Source of the DNA: Promethearchaeota archaeon
GTDB lineage: Archaea > Asgardarchaeota > Lokiarchaeia > Sigyniarchaeales > Promethearchaeaceae
Direction of reading: 5' to 3'
Assembly (NCBI GenBank): GCA_016933055.1
Contig: JAFGBS010000004.1
Coordinates: forward strand, 390,001 to 422,000
Length of the DNA: 32,000 nucleotides
Shown: positions 27,465-32,000 of the stretch, piece after piece
Position numbering within the stretch: position 1 is the stretch's first letter
Layout: the number at the start of each line of letters is the position of its first letter
Notes under the pieces: generated by a model
Told to the model about the DNA's origin: nothing
The model's database searches: none
Seen by the model: the letters and a program-made list of their open reading frames with translations, nothing else
Translations under genes and position numbers: made by a program

Positions 27465-29108
27465 TCAAACAGTCTTTTTATCGTGCTTATGTTCTCTCTT
27501 TTTTCTTCGACCGACTGAACTGATAAGAATCGAAATTGACAATAACGCAGTGCACCCGATGATTACATACCAAAATGGTGGAAGTCCCGTAGTATCATCT
27601 TCTGAAGTTCTATGGAACAAATCCTCCATTGCTTGAACAAATGCAAGTTTAAAATACGGGGGTATGGAACTTGCTGCATCAGTTTTACAAAATGATTGAC
27701 CTGCGGGTTTGATATTCACTCCTGAGTATGCGAGTGAGGATTGTACATAATTCACAATCGGATTCGATATATATTTGTGGCTAGAGGCTAGAGATACGCT
27801 GTACAGAGTAGAACTGATTCGAGGATAACTATGCCAGTGATTGGCTTCAGCAATGGTATGAGTATGCATTGGTACTTTATAGTAACGGTGCACATGCTCT
27901 TCATTTCCTCCTATCGTGCCTATTAATGAATCATTAGCGGTAGCGAGAACGAATCTATTAAAGATTGATGTATTCGATGTACCTTTGTATTGGGAAGTAA
28001 ATTCCGGTATTTCATGCACACCATCAGCCCACCAGAAAATTGAATTATTAGGTAAATAGGAAGTTGACTCATTTGTCGTAATAAATGACATCCGGAAGTA
28101 GGGAGGATTAGTTTCAGTATCATAGGTCACACAATTCAAATCTCCCGATTCCATTATAGTTATACCACTAGTTGTTGGATTTGTATAATCTATCTGGGTC
28201 AAAATACCGAGTGTTGATACGTCTGAACCCGGTACAATATCCTCACTAATTCGTGAGACGCCCAACTCATGATGATGGGGATCTACATCTACCTCATGAT
28301 CATGCAAAGGTAAATCGGAATAAGAATGGTTATGTAAGGCATTTCCTCCCAATAATTGGATTTGATCCTGCTTATTGGTGGAATAAATGAACCTATTCGT
28401 AAGATTTGAAGAAAATAATGAACCATTGCATAAAATCCATCCATTAGGAATTGTATCATACGATTCAACCCAGCCAAGAATTGAATGTGCTGGCAAAACT
28501 GCCTCTCCATCATCTGGCGCAATTTTCATAATGTAGGCTAATCTTATATACATGGGTAATGAACTGGATTCATCGGAAACACAATCTTCGACTCCTGCTG
28601 GATATAGATAGAAATCAATTTTGGAAGAGGAGGTTTCCGTCGCCATCGAGTAATCATAGGAGCGATCAATACCAGTTACCACATTAGATTCTGCTCTGGG
28701 TCCCGCAGTTCCATCTTTTTCGTACAGCCAATGTCTATGTCCTGGATCGTTTTTCACGTGGTTGTGATACGGTAATTCGTCATACGGATGAGAATGATTT
28801 ATGGATCCACCCGTTTCTCCGGGATTTTCAAATTCCCCTACGCTCATAATAAATTTGTCTGTTAAGTTGGGTGTACCATTTGCACCATCACAGAGTGCCC
28901 ACCCTTCGGGGATTGAACTGAGATTTCCATTCCATAGCACAATTATTCCGGTCAAATCAGAAGGTAAAAAATTTCCATTGGAATTGGAAATAGAAAGCGT
29001 TTCTAACTTAAAATTATTGGAATCGGAAACATAATGACCCAGAACAGGAAGGAAACATAGTAAAAGGATAAGTGCCGTAAATTTTACGGAGCATTTTATT
29101 TTTTTCAT
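27465..29108 (-). CDS. secreted, C-terminally TM-anchored protein with three tandem phage tail-collar/tail-fibre-like units
   Basis: Signal peptide. Unit 1 GIIVLWNG...IPEGWALCDGANGTPNLTDKF...GETGG...PMYIRLAYIMK is a classic tail-collar pattern, repeated in diverged form twice. C-terminal TM + RRKKR. Confidence 0.85.
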   Translation of the reverse strand: MKKIKCSVKFTALILLLCFLPVLGHYVSDSNNFKLETLSISNSNGNFLPSDLTGIIVLWNGNLSSIPEGWALCDGANGTPNLTDKFIMSVGEFENPGETGGSINHSHPYDELPYHNHVKNDPGHRHWLYEKDGTAGPRAESNVVTGIDRSYDYSMATETSSSKIDFYLYPAGVEDCVSDESSSLPMYIRLAYIMKIAPDDGEAVLPAHSILGWVESYDTIPNGWILCNGSLFSSNLTNRFIYSTNKQDQIQLLGGNALHNHSYSDLPLHDHEVDVDPHHHELGVSRISEDIVPGSDVSTLGILTQIDYTNPTTSGITIMESGDLNCVTYDTETNPPYFRMSFITTNESTSYLPNNSIFWWADGVHEIPEFTSQYKGTSNTSIFNRFVLATANDSLIGTIGGNEEHVHRYYKVPMHTHTIAEANHWHSYPRISSTLYSVSLASSHKYISNPIVNYVQSSLAYSGVNIKPAGQSFCKTDAASSIPPYFKLAFVQAMEDLFHRTSEDDTTGLPPFWYVIIGCTALLSISILISSVGRRKKREHKHDKKTV

Positions 29109-29503
29109 CTTTGAAAAACCTATTGAGCTTTGATTAACTTAAAACTATGCACATTTTATTCACAAGGTTTAATAATAGATTACAGAGGGATGGTTCTCAA
29201 AAAGAGCGGGTAGAGAGATTGAAATGAAGCTCAAATAATTCACCTTTGCTTTTAGAAATCTAACTTTTAGCTATGAGCATCTTGCGAGTGAACTACCTCA
29301 ATTCCAATCGTATCATGCATGATAATATCAAGTCATTGTTTTTCTTAGTTCCTACTAACAATCTAACTTAGTAAAGCTAAATCTTTTTCGTAGAAATACT
29401 AGGTAAATTTGGCGTTCTATTATTTTATATAGAATAATTATAATAGATTTCACGAATAACCTCCCTCTAACTTCTTTGATACGAACTACCGAAACGTGAA
29501 TTT

Positions 29504-29923
29504 TCAACTATCGATAACTTTTCTCACCGTTGCCCGTACGATTTTTTCCTTGATAATATGCTTGAGAAGCATTTCGAGAATATCCGTCTCGGGAGAACGT
29601 AGATTCTTTCCATAGGTATCCACGTTGATCCAAATCTCTCCCGAGTTTTGGGCATGTTTTTGAATAGAAATGGTGGTTTTTGTGCCATTAAAACTGTGAA
29701 CGGTGGACCACCGCTCTGAGGTGCCATCCAATACTTTGCGAAACAGGATCAGCTCGCCTAAATTGAGTTTAACGTATTTTCCTTCTTTAAGAGTCGGTTT
29801 TTCCCACGTTCCATCGTTTTTCTTTCGCAAGAAGGTGAGGTAGGCATAGTCTTCATCCCACTTACCGGAATCGAAGATCATACCGACTTTTTGCCCAAAA
29901 AAAGAGCGTTGATGGCGCTGCAT
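29504..29923 (-). CDS. conserved hypothetical protein, copy 2
   Basis: The ORF track starts at TTG 29944; ATG 29923 follows GGAGG. Intact paralogue of 25708-26127. Confidence 0.85.
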   Translation of the reverse strand: MQRHQRSFFGQKVGMIFDSGKWDEDYAYLTFLRKKNDGTWEKPTLKEGKYVKLNLGELILFRKVLDGTSERWSTVHSFNGTKTTISIQKHAQNSGEIWINVDTYGKNLRSPETDILEMLLKHIIKEKIVRATVRKVIDS

Positions 29924-30170
29924 TAGTCTCGAGTTTCCTCCCAATAGACTATGTCGTTCTTCTTTGTGTGGGTAGTTAGGGGGTTCATGATAGGTTTTCT
30001 TTTTTTAGGTAGGTATTTAAAATCAGAGAGTGTTTTCGGTGAATTTATTTAAAGGCAAAAATTAGGAAGCAAACCCATTCTTCGCTCTTCGCAGCAACTG
30101 AAAAAGATTGTTTTAATTCCATATTTATTAATTCTATAGTTTTATTTGTGAGATATCTGACTTTGTCAAC
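29504..30170. repeat. direct repeat copy 2 (667 bp)
   Basis: See copy 1. Offset is 3796 bp at the gene end and 3803 bp at the far end. Confidence 0.93.
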
Positions 30171-30562
30171 ATCTGTCGAGTGATATAAATCTTTTTTCAT
30201 CAATTTTACCTCGCTCAACACATGGTGAATAACTAACAGTATAGTTCGAATAGGTAACGACATAGTTTTAAATGGTTCGTGCGGGTAGGTGACACGGATA
30301 AAGGCTTGTATTCATAGAATCAAAAATGGAATCAATACTGTACTATTACCTCATACATGTTGATTAACAAAATAAAAAACAAAATAAATTTGGATTTACA
30401 CGAATATAGATTGTCTTATATTTTTCCGACGAGTAGTTTGGGAAGTTCGTTTCTGTGGTAAAGAACCTCGTTTTAGAGGTGTTTTTCGTCGTTTCTCAAA
30501 CGAATGGTTAGTTGCGAACAACATACAAAATGAAAAAAAAGTTCGTTTTGAAACTAAAAAAA

Positions 30563-31552
30563 TTAGTGGATGATCTTTTTCATCGTGCGTTGTCGACTAA
30601 TAGATACAGCAATTACGACAAACACCATTCCGACTGCAAATACAACACCAAAGGTCCAGTTGGGCACAGATAACGTAATCTGAGGTGTGGGATCTCCCGA
30701 AGTATTGGTCGGCGGTTCGACGGGATCCTCTTCGGGACCATCTCCAATTACATTGCCCTTAGTGAGCAAAAACATGAGATTTACCGTCTCAATCGTACTC
30801 GATATGTCTACGGTGATTCGATATTCGGCTTTAAAAGACACCCCAAAGGTTGCAGAAGTTGATTCGGTCCCATAGACATTGTTCAATTCCACGTTTCGTA
30901 TGAGATTATAAGCACGATTATATTTATCGTAGAGAATTACCGTTACAAATGCTTCTTGTGCCTCTCCGAATAGTTTCTCCAAGATTGTTTCATTCCCGGG
31001 AATCGAATTCGTTCGGCAGGCGACCACGCTGTATTCGGTGTCATCTTCCAAATGAAACCAATATTCTCGCATTTTCGTGTCGTAATATCCACTCACATCA
31101 TATACAATGAAATTTCTCGAATAGGATGACCCCCGATCGTAAATTGCAATGCGCATATTGACATTCTCAGTTACATTGCCCATAACAGTGAGTATGAAAT
31201 TACCCGAGATTGAACATCCGAAAATCGAGGTAACGCTTAAAGTGCTGCTATCTAACTCTCCCGCACCTAAAACGAAGTGATCCGAGAATCCATCACCATC
31301 TCCATCAGGGCCCCTCAAAGAGAGCACCAGGTCCATTTCTACATTGGGGGAATGCAATTCACACAAAAATTCATACTTCTGGTTTTTCTCCAGCGTTAAA
31401 TTAAAGGAATGGAAGGTAATCGGGGGCTCGAATAAGAAGATATGATCGATAAACTGGCCATCGGATGCAGATACTGTCCTAATATTAGTTGAAATACCTG
31501 ATAATGGCAAACACCATAGGAATATAATAAAATAGGAATGCAATTTTTTCAT
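30563..31552 (-). CDS. secreted single-pass membrane protein with two beta-rich (PPC-like) modules
   Basis: Signal peptide, two similar beta-rich segments (FNLTLEKNQKYEF / YWFHLEDDTEYSV), DGDGDG acidic motif, Pro/Thr linker, C-terminal TM + RQR. Confidence 0.8.
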   Translation of the reverse strand: MKKLHSYFIIFLWCLPLSGISTNIRTVSASDGQFIDHIFLFEPPITFHSFNLTLEKNQKYEFLCELHSPNVEMDLVLSLRGPDGDGDGFSDHFVLGAGELDSSTLSVTSIFGCSISGNFILTVMGNVTENVNMRIAIYDRGSSYSRNFIVYDVSGYYDTKMREYWFHLEDDTEYSVVACRTNSIPGNETILEKLFGEAQEAFVTVILYDKYNRAYNLIRNVELNNVYGTESTSATFGVSFKAEYRITVDISSTIETVNLMFLLTKGNVIGDGPEEDPVEPPTNTSGDPTPQITLSVPNWTFGVVFAVGMVFVVIAVSISRQRTMKKIIH

Positions 31553-31555
31553 GGG

Positions 31556-32000
31556 TTAAACCTCCGAAAGTCGGGTTACGAGATACATGCAAAATCCGAA
31601 TAATGCAATTGGAATGATTCCGAATAACAAAAAGAGCTTCCATCCTTGCGGAAATAGGATAATTTGGGATAGAAAAATTCCGCCTAAGACTATCATCAAC
31701 ATTCCCGTAAGCAATAGGTAGAATCGTAACGATCTTCGTCGAATGAGTTCGGCTTCCGGAAGTATCGGTAGACTTACATCGAATGCCCCCATTAGAGATT
31801 TTTTCATTTCCTCCAGTTCCAACGTTCGTTCAATCAATTTCGTGATATTAGTGTTTTCGTGTTGAATTTGCGCCGCTTCATCGTTGAATTTCGATTCTAT
31901 GTATTCTTTGAGAATAGGAGAAACGGATCGGGGAATAGAAACGGTGGCCGTTCTAAAAGGGTTTAATTTTCTACGTAGCGTGTTGCTTTTTTGGAATTCA
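31556..32000 (-). CDS. membrane protein with two C-terminal TM helices, 5' end outside the window
   Basis: The frame of the 93-aa ORF is open to the window edge (EFQKSNTLRRKLNPFRTATVSIP...). Its stop lies 3 nt before the next ATG at 31552. Confidence 0.8.
   Translation of the reverse strand, partial: EFQKSNTLRRKLNPFRTATVSIPRSVSPILKEYIESKFNDEAAQIQHENTNITKLIERTLELEEMKKSLMGAFDVSLPILPEAELIRRRSLRFYLLLTGMLMIVLGGIFLSQIILFPQGWKLFLLFGIIPIALFGFCMYLVTRLSEV

Noticed and set aside
30045-30263. 72-aa ORF upstream of duplicated gene copy 2
   Set aside because: Its C-terminus depends on a 7-nt tandem duplication, and the homologous frame in copy 1 contains stops. It is more likely a relic than a gene, and no family is recognisable.
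10931-30291. Exact 13-mer GTGCGGGTAGGTG shared by 10931-10943 and 30279-30291
   Set aside because: The flanks do not align, and a single 13-mer match in 32 kb can arise by chance.
206-30875. Short ORF-track entries overlapping longer genes (e.g. 206-409, 538-828, 1772-2086, 2004-2342, 7830-8057, 13389-13670, 23429-23623, 25692-26060, 27923-28123, 28801-29034, 30687-30875)
   Set aside because: These are antisense or alternate-frame shadows of well-supported CDSs, with no independent motifs.
1-32000. tRNA, rRNA, RNase P or SRP RNA genes, and ORB origin boxes
   Set aside because: No T-loop/cloverleaf, conserved rRNA, RNase P or ORB motifs were found by eye. A covariance-model scan would be needed to exclude them formally.

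Overview
AT-rich archaeal genomic window, most likely from an Asgard archaeon of the Lokiarchaeia/Promethearchaeota. This is an inference from IPGF/VPGY+TM+basic-tail (Loki-CTERM-like) sorting signals, TM-zinc-ribbon proteins, TATA boxes and oligo-T terminators. It is an accessory region. Intact genes include a VTT/DedA protein, MoxR, an SBBP beta-propeller, a GNAT, a C45 peptidase, an MBL hydrolase, an AbrB-PIN TA pair, an MFS transporter, a divergent rnfD-rnfC pair, an M23 peptidase, a BspA/DUF285 surface protein, barstar, a DEDD nuclease and a duplicated hypothetical gene. These are interspersed with many gene relics. The main hit is a retron-type reverse transcriptase (NAxxH, YADD, VTG) with an N-terminal membrane anchor. 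Directly downstream, on the opposite strand, lies a 135-nt element with the architecture of a retron msr-msd ncRNA, and no separate effector gene is nearby. The second hit is a signal-peptide/TM-anchored protein made of three tandem phage tail-collar/tail-fibre units with identically spaced HxH motifs, possibly a single-chain pseudo-trimer. Also present: a ~420-bp MITE-like element with perfect terminal inverted repeats and a ~660-bp direct duplication. No rRNA, tRNA or CRISPR array was recognised. All family calls come from motif recognition by eye, not from database searches.
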